Assembly: GCA_022710775.1 (NCBI GenBank)
Contig: JAKLGH010000005.1
Coordinates: forward strand, 9,260 to 73,259
DNA: 64,000 nucleotides
Direction of reading: 5' to 3'
Source: Patescibacteria group bacterium
Lineage (GTDB): Bacteria > Patescibacteriota > Minisyncoccia > Minisyncoccales > UBA5738
The first letter of the stretch is position 1. Each line of letters begins with the position of its first letter. The notes under the pieces were generated by a model. It was given only the letters and a program-made list of their open reading frames with translations, did not search any database and was not told the origin of the DNA. Shown here piece after piece: positions 17,504-27,027 of the stretch. A program made the translations under genes and the position numbers.

Positions 17504-18769
17504 ATGAAGAAAAAGAATATAATAAAAAATCATTATCGGATAATCTGGCCCGATGCTGACTTCTTTGTTTTGATGGACGAGATGGTGCTGGCCAGCAATT
17601 ACGATTTTTTGGTTTTTACCCATCAAAAGAAAGCCGGCGATGTTTGTACTGGCAATGTTTGTACCGGAAGTGTTTATATTTCAACTGACTCCGAAAAGAA
17701 AGTAGGAGAACGAGGAGCGAGGCTTTTTAAAAATGTTAAACAAATAAGAAAAATACTTTTTCAGGGAGACACAATGGCCTCCGGAATATCAAAATTGGCC
17801 TCCGGAATTTCAAAAAGCGCGCTACAAAGAAAAACCGATCAAGAAATCAAAGAAATCCTTAAAGAACACTATTCGCAGGCGATACCGTTTTTTACGATCT
17901 ACGGTTTTATCGACGAGGTTTATGCCGCGAAGGTTGGCCAGGCCATTCGCGCTTTTGTTTTTAAAAAAATTAAAAACGAAGCCGAAGCGGCCCGAATTTT
18001 CAGCTTATTGCTGAATTCCTCAAAAGAGGAGCGGATAATTTCCGAAAGGGAGGATGCGTTAAAAAAGATCGCCGCCTCAAAAACAATCATTGATCTTTGC
18101 TGGTCGGTTCGCGAAACCGGGTCAAAGAAGCTTTCTTTCCGCTCGGAGGTTAATAAAATTTACGAATCGCTGGTCGTTATTTTATGCGAAATCGCCAGGA
18201 GGTTTTATCTTTCCCCGGAGCAGGCGCGATTTTGCAGCTATAAAGAAATCAACGCGCTTTTAAGAGGAAAGAGCATTGATATCAATGAGGTAAACAAGCG
18301 CATAAAGAGCTTTGTCTGTTTAAGGCGCAACGGAAAAACGCTTTTTTATACCGGCTCGAAGGCGGAGAAGATGATTGAAAAACTCCAGCCCGAAGTTGAG
18401 GAGGGCATTGTCGAACTTAGCGGCGACCCGGCCAGCGCCGGTGTCGCGCAAGGAACGGTAAAAATTATTCCGGTGGTTTTTGACCGGGGAGGGGAAGCGG
18501 TTTTGAAGAAAAAGATCAAAGAAATGGAAAAAGGGCAAATAATGGTTTCCCGGACCACTGGTCCGGAAACCATAATGGCCTGCCGCAAAGCCGCCGCCAT
18601 CATTGCCGACGAGGGCGGTATCAATTCCCACGCGGCCATTATTTCCCGGGAGCTGGGCATTCCCGGGATCGTCAACGTGAAGATTGCCACCCGTGTTTTA
18701 AAAGACGGAGATATGGTGGAAGTTGACGGCAACACCGGCATTATAAAAATCATAAAAAAAGCCGGTTAA
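17504..18769 (+). CDS. PEP-utilising-enzyme mobile (phosphohistidine swivel) domain protein with unassigned N-terminal region
   Basis: The C-terminal 90 aa (..IIADEGGINSHAAIISRELGIPGIV..DGDMVEVDGNTG) match the swivel domain of PEP synthase/PPDK. The N-terminal 320 aa are unrecognised. Confidence 0.7.
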   Translation: MKKKNIIKNHYRIIWPDADFFVLMDEMVLASNYDFLVFTHQKKAGDVCTGNVCTGSVYISTDSEKKVGERGARLFKNVKQIRKILFQGDTMASGISKLASGISKSALQRKTDQEIKEILKEHYSQAIPFFTIYGFIDEVYAAKVGQAIRAFVFKKIKNEAEAARIFSLLLNSSKEERIISEREDALKKIAASKTIIDLCWSVRETGSKKLSFRSEVNKIYESLVVILCEIARRFYLSPEQARFCSYKEINALLRGKSIDINEVNKRIKSFVCLRRNGKTLFYTGSKAEKMIEKLQPEVEEGIVELSGDPASAGVAQGTVKIIPVVFDRGGEAVLKKKIKEMEKGQIMVSRTTGPETIMACRKAAAIIADEGGINSHAAIISRELGIPGIVNVKIATRVLKDGDMVEVDGNTGIIKIIKKAG

Positions 18770-18807
18770 ACAAAAAAGAGATTGTTGTTTCAACCTCTTC
18801 AACGGAA

Positions 18808-19314
18808 TCATTTAAAGACGATAACGCAGGCGTTTTCAACGTGGGCGTCAAGCGCAACATTGATCCCGTATCCGGCGGCGATAATTTGATACATCTCCGA
18901 ATGCCCCACGATAACCGTTTGCCTGCGCTTCGCGATTATCGCTTTGATTGCCGGAGCAATCCGGGAAACGTATGCTTCGTAGGTTTCCAATCCTGGCCAG
19001 CCAATCTCTTTCCAGTATATTTGCCAGGGTATTCTACTGGTTTCGATAGCCTTCAGAAAACCGGCTACGTCGGCTTCAGACGTATCGATTGCCGCCAAAG
19101 CCTTATTGATTTTCAGCGGCAGGCCGAGTGCTCCGGCAATGATCAGCGCCGATTCGTAGGCGCGGGGAGTAGGGCTGGAAATGATTTGGTTTGGGCAGAG
19201 GGCTGCAATTTTTTGCAAAGAACTTTTGATCTGGTTTTTCCCGGCTTCAGACAGTCCGGGTCTTTTTTTGTCGGTATAAGATTCAGCTTCACCATGTCGT
19301 ACAAAAACTATCAA
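18808..19314 (-). CDS. histidine phosphatase (phosphoglycerate-mutase-like) family protein
   Basis: RHGE motif at the N-terminus (MIVFVRHGEAE) and GHSEM near the C-terminus. TTG start 7 nt after GGAGG. Confidence 0.75.
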   Translation of the reverse strand: MIVFVRHGEAESYTDKKRPGLSEAGKNQIKSSLQKIAALCPNQIISSPTPRAYESALIIAGALGLPLKINKALAAIDTSEADVAGFLKAIETSRIPWQIYWKEIGWPGLETYEAYVSRIAPAIKAIIAKRRQTVIVGHSEMYQIIAAGYGINVALDAHVENACVIVFK

Positions 19315-19510
19315 CGAAATACCTCCAAAATATAAATAAGATTATAATATAAAAAAATATTAAGTCAAATAATTTTTTTTCCGGGGGTAAGTTCCGGCTT
19401 TAAATTATTAAACTTCCTCAAGACAGAGTTTCTTTGCATTCCGCCAGTTAAATAAATTAAAAATGCGAATTTTTTTTAATCTGTTTTACGGCGTTTTTGG
19501 AAATAAAATA

Positions 19511-21649
19511 TCATTCCAAATGAGTTCTTTGCTTCAGTTGTTTTACTCTTTCCAGGAGCAGGGGATGGTTTTCAAGGGTTGGGTCGCGCGCTAAAATTCC
19601 TTTAGCGGCGTTGCGCGATTTTTCTACCAAAAAGACATCGGCGAGCGAAGCCATTGCCAGGTCGGGCATGCCCCATTGCTGGCTGCCGAACACTTCGCCT
19701 GGCCCTCTGATCTCAAGATCTTTTTCGGCCAGCTCGAAGCCATTGTCATGCCTAAGAAGGGCGCTAAGGCGGCGGGTTGGGTAATCGGAGAACAGCAGGC
19801 AGTACGACTGGTGTTCTCCCCGGCCGACGCGGCCTCGGAATTGGTGCAGTTGCGCCAGTCCGAATTTATGGGAGCCTTCGATTGCCATTATTGTGGCATT
19901 CGGCACATCGATCCCGACCTCGATAACGGAGGTTGAAACCAGGAGGTCTATGATCCCTGCTTTGAACTTTTCCATTATTTCCTGCTTTTCCGCGGCTTTC
20001 ATTTTTCCATGAAGCATGCCGATGCGAAGATCCGGAAAGATTTTTTTGGAGAGTTTGTCATATTCTTCCTTAACGGCCTTTACCGCTTCGGCGCCCGAAT
20101 AGTCGGCTTTCGGATCAAACAAAATAGCGTCGCGTTTTTCTTCCTCGTCAGTGTCTATGCGCGGGCAAACTATGAAAGCTTGCCTGCCGTTTTTTATTTC
20201 GCGGCGGATGAATTCGTAAGCCGCGGCCCGGTCGTCCGGTTTTACGATTTTTGTTTCTATTCTTTTGCGCCCTTTAGGCATTTCGTCCAGCAGCGTAAGG
20301 TCCAGGTCGCCATAAATTGTGAGAGCGAGGCTTCTGGGAATGGGGGTCGCGGTCATTGATAGGAGGTGGGGCGTGAATTTTTCTCTTTTTCTCGTTTGGT
20401 TGTTCTTGGCCAGGGCCGCCCGTTGCTCAACTCCGAAACGATGCTGTTCGTCCAGGATTACGAAAGCCAGTTTTTTAAACGCCACGCCCTTTTGGATCAG
20501 CGCGTTTGTTCCGATCAGAATCCCGATCTTTCCGATTTTGGCAAGCTCCAAAACCGTTGATTTGGAAACCTGGCCAAAAGAAGATACCGCGGTATGCTTG
20601 GAACAAAGGATCCCGATTTCGATGCCGAAAGGTTTTAAGAGCTTAATGAAATTTTCGTAATGCTGGGTAGCGAGAATTTCCGTCGGCGCCATAAAAGCGG
20701 TTTGATATCCCGTTTTAGCGGCGTTGAGGGCAGCCATCATGGCTACAATGGTTTTTCCCGACCCGACGTCTCCCTGGAGCAAACGGTTCATCGGCCGGTT
20801 TTTTTCCATGTCTTTTAAGATACGATAAGACGATATGCGCTGGGCTTCCGTGAGCGAAAAAGGGAGGGTTTTGGTGAAATCCTGGATCAGGGGCAAGTCC
20901 ATTGTGATCGCTTCGGCCTGTTCGTTGTTGAGCCGGATGCGTTCCTGCAGGACCGAAAGCTGGATAAAAAAAAGTTCTTCAAAAGCAAAGCGTTTCCGCG
21001 CCGCCTTAACTGTGTTTAGGCTTTCGGGAAAATGAATCTGCCGGATTGCTTCGCCCCAAGGCATGAATTCATAAGCCGATACGGTGGCATCCGGCAGCGG
21101 GTCGCGAAGGCCGGAGTATCCGGCTAGCAGCGGTTTGATTACGTATCTTAGCCAGCGGCTCGATAAGCCTGCGGTTTGCGGATAGATCGGTACCAGGCGT
21201 CCCGTGTGAGTAAGGTCGATTTCGGAATCCGGCCCGTCGTTAACTTTTTCATACATCGGATTTGAAAGATAGCGGCTGCTTTTTTTCTCCACCAGTTTGC
21301 CGGCCAGGCAGACAGCCAAGCCTTTTTTAAATGTTCCGGCCAGATAAGGTTGGTTGAACCATAAAGCCTTAATTTTTCCGGTCGAATCGCTTATCACGAT
21401 CTCGGTAATGGTGAGATGGCGTTTCCAGACGCGAACCATCTTTACGCTTTCAACAATTCCTTGGACGCAAGCAGTTTCGTCCACCTTGAGGTCGGCAATA
21501 GGTATTTGAACCGAAAAATCCTCATATCGCGCGGGGAAATGATAAAGCAGGTCCTTGACCGTCTCGATGCCGAGGTGTTTCAAGCGCGCTTGATAGGCCG
21601 GTCCGATCTTCGGGATGCTTTTGATTTCTTGTGATAATTTCGACGGCAT
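19511..21649 (-). CDS. recG: ATP-dependent DNA helicase RecG
   Basis: Wedge-domain N-terminus (LYHFPARYEDF), helicase motifs GDVGSGKT and ILDEQHRFG, and QLHQFRGRVGRG. The ATG at 21649 is preferred over the longer ORF reaching 21757. Confidence 0.92.
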   Translation of the reverse strand: MPSKLSQEIKSIPKIGPAYQARLKHLGIETVKDLLYHFPARYEDFSVQIPIADLKVDETACVQGIVESVKMVRVWKRHLTITEIVISDSTGKIKALWFNQPYLAGTFKKGLAVCLAGKLVEKKSSRYLSNPMYEKVNDGPDSEIDLTHTGRLVPIYPQTAGLSSRWLRYVIKPLLAGYSGLRDPLPDATVSAYEFMPWGEAIRQIHFPESLNTVKAARKRFAFEELFFIQLSVLQERIRLNNEQAEAITMDLPLIQDFTKTLPFSLTEAQRISSYRILKDMEKNRPMNRLLQGDVGSGKTIVAMMAALNAAKTGYQTAFMAPTEILATQHYENFIKLLKPFGIEIGILCSKHTAVSSFGQVSKSTVLELAKIGKIGILIGTNALIQKGVAFKKLAFVILDEQHRFGVEQRAALAKNNQTRKREKFTPHLLSMTATPIPRSLALTIYGDLDLTLLDEMPKGRKRIETKIVKPDDRAAAYEFIRREIKNGRQAFIVCPRIDTDEEEKRDAILFDPKADYSGAEAVKAVKEEYDKLSKKIFPDLRIGMLHGKMKAAEKQEIMEKFKAGIIDLLVSTSVIEVGIDVPNATIMAIEGSHKFGLAQLHQFRGRVGRGEHQSYCLLFSDYPTRRLSALLRHDNGFELAEKDLEIRGPGEVFGSQQWGMPDLAMASLADVFLVEKSRNAAKGILARDPTLENHPLLLERVKQLKQRTHLE

Positions 21650-21757
21650 GGCTGGTAAAATACGATTGTATTGATATATGATAATAGTAGGAAAGGTTTT
21701 TGTAAAAAACAATAAAAAAATTTTCAGGTTTGCCAAAACAAACCTTTGATTAATCAT

Positions 21758-22621
21758 ATGCCAACATACACAACACCAGAAGCAAATCCGCTAGCCAGCT
21801 TGATCAGCCTGGTCATCTTTTTTTTGGCAATTCTGGCAGGGTCATTTGTAGGTTTTGGCGTAGCCGGCGTTTTGGCCGCGCTCATTTTTGAAGCGTTTAC
21901 TGTTATTGTTATCGGTTTACGGGTCATAGACCAGTATGAACGGGGCGTTGTTCTTACTTTGGGAAAATACACGGGCACTAAACAGCCCGGTCTGACCTGG
22001 ATCTTGATCGGCATCCAGCGGATGATCAAGGTGGATCTTCGCATTACGACTACCGATATTCCCCAACAGGAGGTGATCACCAAAGATAATGTTCCGGTAG
22101 GCATCAATGCCGTAGTTTATTTCCAAGTGGAGTCGGCGGAGCGGGCAATTCTGAACATCCAGGATTATACGCTGGCGGTATCGCAATACGCCCAGGCGGC
22201 ATTACGGGATGTGATCGGAGGGATTGAGCTCGACCCGCTGCTTTCGGAACGGGAGAAAATTTCCGAGGAGATTAAAAAGATCGTCGATATCGCCACCAAT
22301 AACTGGGGGATTAATGTTACTGATATCAAGATCCAAGATATCGAATTACCCGCCGATATGAAACGCGTGATGGCCAAACAGGCCGAATCCGAAAGGGAAA
22401 GAAGGGCGATTATCATCCGTGCCGAGGGCGAGTCGCAGGCGGCGGAGCGCCTGGCCCAGGCCGCGGGAGTTTTGGCGGCCACACCCGGGGGATTGTCGAT
22501 GCGCACTTTGCAAACGATTGAAAAAATCAATCCCGATCCTTCAAAGACCGTAGTTTTCGCCCTTCCCGTGGAAGTGTTGGAAGGCTTCAAAGAATTAGCA
22601 AGGAAAACGAACGGGAAGTAG
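21758..22621 (+). CDS. SPFH/band-7 (stomatin/QmcA-like) membrane protein
   Basis: N-terminal TM helices, then an SPFH core (VVLTLGKYTG..PGLTWI..ITKDNVPVGINAVVYFQV) and a coiled-coil tail. The ORF could instead start at the TTG at 21746. Confidence 0.85.
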   Translation: MPTYTTPEANPLASLISLVIFFLAILAGSFVGFGVAGVLAALIFEAFTVIVIGLRVIDQYERGVVLTLGKYTGTKQPGLTWILIGIQRMIKVDLRITTTDIPQQEVITKDNVPVGINAVVYFQVESAERAILNIQDYTLAVSQYAQAALRDVIGGIELDPLLSEREKISEEIKKIVDIATNNWGINVTDIKIQDIELPADMKRVMAKQAESERERRAIIIRAEGESQAAERLAQAAGVLAATPGGLSMRTLQTIEKINPDPSKTVVFALPVEVLEGFKELARKTNGK

Positions 22622-22640
22622 TGTTGTAAAATTCCAAGGA

Positions 22641-22670
22641 AAAACCGCGTAGATCACAAGGCGGTTTTTT
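22641..22670 (+). terminator. terminator after SPFH gene
   Basis: AAAACCGC / GCGGTTTT stem with a 12-nt loop, followed by a T run. Confidence 0.55.
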
Positions 22671-22786
22671 CTTTATAAATTGGCCAAAAAAAGCGACAAT
22701 TAGCCGTATTAATATGTTTGTTATTTTTGTGCTCTGAAAAACCGTTTCCGTTGTTTTGTTGATATTTTTTTATAAATTCTCGATAA

Positions 22787-23581
22787 TCATATTTCTTTTA
22801 AAAAATCCTGGGCTAGGCGCGCGGTGTCTTCCGTGGCTTGGTAAAAATTTTTCCAGACGACCACGATATCGGCGTCGTTGAAAAACGCGCGCTGGATTTC
22901 ACGGATAGTATCGCCTCCGGCAACGGCAACCAAGATGTCGTAGTTGCCTTTGATCTGTTTGATCTGGTAATAGGGGATCTGTTTTTCGCGCGAAAATTCG
23001 GTTTCATCCACGCCTCGATGGAGGATCACGGCGTCGGGAGGGCAATCCAGCTTTTTAAGGATTGACAGCGGATTTGGAACATTCATCATGTCGACCATTG
23101 AATCGATCCGTCTTTTTTTACATTCTTCAATAAATAAATTTATCGTTTCAACCGGGGCCACGCCTAAAACCGTGGCGGCATTGGCGTCGCTGGCTATTGC
23201 TGGAAAAGATAGATTGGCCTGGTTGGTTTCCTGTATTGCGTTAATCTGGTCAGCGGTCATTTTTATCAGGTCCAGAAAAGTGATTTTTTGCGTAAGCAAA
23301 GGTTTAGGCAAGACTGGTATGGGCGCAGGCTGGATATCGCAAACCAGCCCGATTTCGCGGTCAGCGAGGTCGGCGCATTTTATGTCGGCCACAATATAGG
23401 CATTTGGATCCAGTTGCCGAATGGCAGCGATTGCCTGGATGCCGTATTCTTTTATCAAAGGCGTTCCGGCTTCGAGCAGAATATTTTTGGAGCGCGGCAA
23501 AGAAGCGGCAACCAGGCGCGCATCTTCAATAGTGCCGTTTAGAGCGATTTGCAAATATCTTTTTCCTTTTTCCAGCATCAT
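22787..23581 (-). CDS. OMP-decarboxylase-superfamily TIM barrel, 3-hexulose-6-phosphate synthase (HPS/KGPDC)-like, paralog A
   Basis: YLQIALN.., LLEAGTPLIK, VADIKCAD, ILVAVAGG pattern typical of HPS/KGPDC. It carries a roughly 35-aa insertion relative to paralog B. Confidence 0.6.
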   Translation of the reverse strand: MMLEKGKRYLQIALNGTIEDARLVAASLPRSKNILLEAGTPLIKEYGIQAIAAIRQLDPNAYIVADIKCADLADREIGLVCDIQPAPIPVLPKPLLTQKITFLDLIKMTADQINAIQETNQANLSFPAIASDANAATVLGVAPVETINLFIEECKKRRIDSMVDMMNVPNPLSILKKLDCPPDAVILHRGVDETEFSREKQIPYYQIKQIKGNYDILVAVAGGDTIREIQRAFFNDADIVVVWKNFYQATEDTARLAQDFLKEI

Positions 23582-23620
23582 AAGCCAGCGGATCGCAGAG
23601 ACCGGGTCTCTGCCGTTTGT

Positions 23621-24295
23621 TTACTTTATTAATTTCAAAAAATCCTGGGCCAGGGTTGACGTATCTTTCGGCTTTTCGTAAAAAGACCGCCAGACGACAG
23701 CAATGTCGGCGCCATTGAAAAAATCGCTTACCACTTCCCGGGTTGTTTCCCCGCCCGCGATCGATATTAAAATTTTTCCATAGGCGCCTTTTATCCGCGT
23801 GATCTGGTTGAGGGGGATTTGTTTTTCCCGGTTTAAAATGTGTTCATCCGCGCCCCGGTGGAGGACGACGATATCGGGCAAATTTTTTAATTTTTGCAAT
23901 ACTTCAAAGGGAAAGGGAACATTCATCATATCGACCATCGAATCAATGCCGTGCGTTTCGCAATTCTTGATGAATTCATCGATTGTTTCAACGGGCGCCA
24001 AGCCAAGGCAAGTGGCGGCGGATGCGCCGGCCCGGGCGGCGCTCTTTACTTCAGCCGATCCCCGGTCCATGGTTTTGAGATCCGCGACAATGTATGCGGG
24101 TTGGCCGATCTTTTCAGCCCACCAATAGTTCAAATCGGAGACCGCCTTTTGGCCATAGCGCTTGATCAAAGAAGTTCCCGCCTCGATGATGATCTTTGGC
24201 GTTGGCGGCAGGAGCGAGACCATTTCCTGGACTTCAGCCAGGGAACGGTTGAACGCGATCTGCAGATATTTAGACCGGGTGTTGAGAAGGCTCAT
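23621..24295 (-). CDS. OMP-decarboxylase-superfamily TIM barrel, HPS/KGPDC-like, paralog B
   Basis: YLQIAFN.., IIEAGTSLIK, VADLKTMD, ILISIAGG. The ATG at 24295 is preferred over the GTG at 24313 by alignment with paralog A. Confidence 0.6.
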   Translation of the reverse strand: MSLLNTRSKYLQIAFNRSLAEVQEMVSLLPPTPKIIIEAGTSLIKRYGQKAVSDLNYWWAEKIGQPAYIVADLKTMDRGSAEVKSAARAGASAATCLGLAPVETIDEFIKNCETHGIDSMVDMMNVPFPFEVLQKLKNLPDIVVLHRGADEHILNREKQIPLNQITRIKGAYGKILISIAGGETTREVVSDFFNGADIAVVWRSFYEKPKDTSTLAQDFLKLIK

Positions 24296-24355
24296 ATTCA
24301 GTAATTTTAGCACACGACGGGTTAATGCAAATAAAAACCTCTCAAAAAAGAGGTT

Positions 24356-24793
24356 TCAAATGCTCCAGTCGGTTAAGTTTTCTTGTTTTTCCGGCTTCTC
24401 CGACGAGAGAATGATCTTTACCGATATTCCCGGAAATTCTTCGGCTAAAATCTTTGCCAGGCCTTTCGCGGTTTCGATATTATTTCTTCCGAAAACCGTG
24501 AAGATCCAATGGGTTGAATCGGCTTCTTTCGTATGTGCGTATATTGGCGATTGGCCTAAGCCGATTGGCTCGGTAAAGATCGTCCCGAAGTAATAACGTT
24601 CAGCTTTCTTAAGAGCAGCTCTAAATACCTTTAAGCCCTGGCCCGCTGCGTAAATAATTCCAACGCTATTTGTGCTGTCGCTGGGTATTATCTCAAAGCC
24701 GGCCGTTAAATTTTCTCTTAATATCGTTGCGATTCTTTGCGCCAAAGTTTGGCTTATTTTATCCTCGATTTCTATCATTATCTTGTTCTCCAA
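24356..24793 (-). CDS. hypothetical protein (145 aa)
   Basis: Intact ORF directly downstream of a near-consensus promoter. No family recognised. Confidence 0.5.
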   Translation of the reverse strand: MENKIMIEIEDKISQTLAQRIATILRENLTAGFEIIPSDSTNSVGIIYAAGQGLKVFRAALKKAERYYFGTIFTEPIGLGQSPIYAHTKEADSTHWIFTVFGRNNIETAKGLAKILAEEFPGISVKIILSSEKPEKQENLTDWSI

Positions 24794-24806
24794 GCGAACT
24801 TTAAAT

Positions 24807-24834
24807 ATTATATATCAATTTTACTGATTGTCAA
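24807..24834 (-). promoter_or_regulatory. near-consensus sigma70 promoter
   Basis: Minus strand: TTGACA (rc of 24829-24834), 16 nt spacer, TATAAT (rc of 24807-24812), just upstream of the 24793 start. Confidence 0.6.
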
Positions 24835-24916
24835 CTAAAATAGTGTAAGCATTATAACTGAACCAAATTTCCATAAAGAAAAAACCCTAGAATAGGGTCA
24901 TCGTAGGGTTATCGTA

Positions 24917-25216
24917 TCACATCAAACCTACCGGAAAGTATTTCCAAACCAACTGTTCACAGCCGGAAAGATAAATCCGTAAGGCCAGAAGAAAAAAAAT
25001 GTTCGCTCCCAGGTAAGAGAAGAGCAGGGTGTCTAAAAAACCAAGCGCGGTTAAACCAAACGGAGCCAATATAACAAAACGCATCAGGTATAGCGGGATA
25101 TTAAATATCACGCTGATAAAAACAGTTATTGCCATAACCAGAGCCGTGGTTTTTACGGCCAAAGAGATCGTATCGCCCATTCCATTCACGACGGTTTGCC
25201 GACATGCCGTTTCCAT
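24917..25216 (-). CDS. small membrane protein (99 aa, about 3 TM helices)
   Basis: Hydrophobic ORF, AGGAGG 9 nt upstream, hairpin plus T-run terminator downstream (24887-24905). Confidence 0.55.
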   Translation of the reverse strand: METACRQTVVNGMGDTISLAVKTTALVMAITVFISVIFNIPLYLMRFVILAPFGLTALGFLDTLLFSYLGANIFFLLALRIYLSGCEQLVWKYFPVGLM

Positions 25217-25359
25217 AAAGCCAATCCTCCTTTTTAAAGTTCTGAATTTGTGATTAATTTCTAACGATAGGTTACAAAAACTTCCAAGTCAAGAATGCCC
25301 GGTTTACAGACAAAGAAATTAATAAAAGCCCTGCGGAGAGCGCAGGACATGCTTATTTC

Positions 25360-26130
25360 TTAAGAATGATGCATTGCGGCCATCAATTTGGCCCATTGCT
25401 CTGTTCGTTTCGGTTTCCACATGATCTTTCCGGCGGCGATCAGGCCGGCGACCTTAAGATCGTCCTGGCGGAATTCCTCAATCTTTTTTCTTACCAGAGA
25501 AATGACTTGCAATTCGCGTTGGCCGTTGTCGAAAACATACAGGCTGTCAACCGTTGGCGAGCGGTTCAGGAAGCAGGCGATGGCAATCACATCGGCGCCG
25601 TAACTTTCGATCAGCTCGATCAGTTGCTGCGTCGTGCTGAAATTATTACAGACGTCTTCGATAATGATTACCAAATCTCCTTGGTGCACTTCGTGCCGGT
25701 CCAAGATTAACTGGGTTTCATCCCGGCCGCCTTTGGTGCCTACGGCCAGAACTTTCTTTTCGGCTTTGATCGTCCGGCAGCCTAGTTTTTGGCCAAGCAT
25801 GGTTGACAGGCAAAAGCCTCCGACCGGTGCTCCGCAAAGTACGACATTCGAAGGGAGCTTTTTTAAAGGCAGGAAAACTTTTTTTATTTTTCTGGCCAGT
25901 TTCCCGGCGATAAAGCCAAGGTCGTCGGACGGCCATTCCTCCAAAATCGCGAAGTTCAGGTAAACTTGTCCGACATATTGGAGGTGTTTTCCTTCTTTAT
26001 CTTTGTACTTTCCGGCGTATCCAACCAGCCATCCGTCTTCCGATGTTTGTTCGTAAAAAGCCTGTCTGGCCCGCGCGATATCTAAGAAATCGCGGCGGCG
26101 CGAATATATTTCTTTCGCCGTTATTCTCAC
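25360..26130 (-). CDS. type I phosphoribosyltransferase (orotate PRTase-like by context)
   Basis: PRPP-binding loop DLVIIIEDVCNNFSTT. The start overlaps the pyrF stop by 4 nt. Confidence 0.6.
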   Translation of the reverse strand: MRITAKEIYSRRRDFLDIARARQAFYEQTSEDGWLVGYAGKYKDKEGKHLQYVGQVYLNFAILEEWPSDDLGFIAGKLARKIKKVFLPLKKLPSNVVLCGAPVGGFCLSTMLGQKLGCRTIKAEKKVLAVGTKGGRDETQLILDRHEVHQGDLVIIIEDVCNNFSTTQQLIELIESYGADVIAIACFLNRSPTVDSLYVFDNGQRELQVISLVRKKIEEFRQDDLKVAGLIAAGKIMWKPKRTEQWAKLMAAMHHS

Positions 26131-26891
26131 AATATCCGCTCCCGCGATTTATCGCACGCTTCCAGCGCTCCGGTAATTTCTTCCAAGATCAGTTTTACCG
26201 CGTCGACCGGCGTTCCGATGTCTATAGGCGGTTTGGATATTGGCCGTCCGATTACCAGTTTAACTTCTGGTCCGCCGGCTTTAATGGCTTCGGTCGGCGT
26301 CATGAAACGGCTTTGGTCGTCGGGGGGAGCCCATTTTGGCCTGATGCCCGGAACTATTCTTCGCAGGCGGATCAACTCTTTGTGCTTGGCCAGCATTGGC
26401 AGTTCTTCGGCTGAGCAGATGATTCCGTCCATTCCGGCCAAAACGGCATTGCGGGCGAACTGCAAAACCTTGGCTTTTACCGGCATGCCGTATGCCAGAT
26501 ATGCTTCTTCTTCGTCCATAGAGGTGAGGACGGTAACAGCGTATGCCAGGGTTGAGCCTTTATTTTCCGCGACCGCCATCATTCCGTCTATTTCCGCCGA
26601 AGCGTGCACGTTTAACATTGCCACACCCAGATCCGCCAATCCTTTTGTTGCATCGGCCAGGGTGTTGGGGATGTCTTTAATCTTTTGATCGACAAACGCT
26701 TTGCCGCCGAACCTATGAACCATATCGACCGCTTGCGGAACGCCCATTTTCGAATTGAGCCCCAAGCCGATTTTAAAATAACCGACATAGTTTTTTAGCA
26801 TTTCAATATGGCGCGTGGCGTTAAATGCGTCCATTCCGTCCAACGGAAAGATCAAGTTCTCCCGTGCGTCAACTTTTCTTCCTTTATACAC
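26127..26891 (-). CDS. pyrF: orotidine 5'-phosphate decarboxylase
   Basis: FVDQKIKDIPNT (DxKxxDIPNT signature), IFPLD near the N-terminus. GTG start preceded by GGAGG. Confidence 0.85.
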   Translation of the reverse strand: MYKGRKVDARENLIFPLDGMDAFNATRHIEMLKNYVGYFKIGLGLNSKMGVPQAVDMVHRFGGKAFVDQKIKDIPNTLADATKGLADLGVAMLNVHASAEIDGMMAVAENKGSTLAYAVTVLTSMDEEEAYLAYGMPVKAKVLQFARNAVLAGMDGIICSAEELPMLAKHKELIRLRRIVPGIRPKWAPPDDQSRFMTPTEAIKAGGPEVKLVIGRPISKPPIDIGTPVDAVKLILEEITGALEACDKSRERIL

Positions 26892-27027
26892 AATTCATAC
26901 CTCCTTTTTTAAAGTGCGTCTTGCGGTTTTTTCGCAAGCTTGGTTTGAAGCTAATCTATTGCCGAAAAATTTGCAAGAAAAAATCCCGCAGGTTGCGCGG
27001 GATCATCAATGATTTGTATGCTTGTCG

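Noticed and set aside
19511-21757. Full-length 748-aa RecG ORF
   Set aside because: The first 36 codons (hydrophobic, AT-rich) overlap the divergent promoter region. The conserved RecG N-terminus begins at the ATG at 21649.
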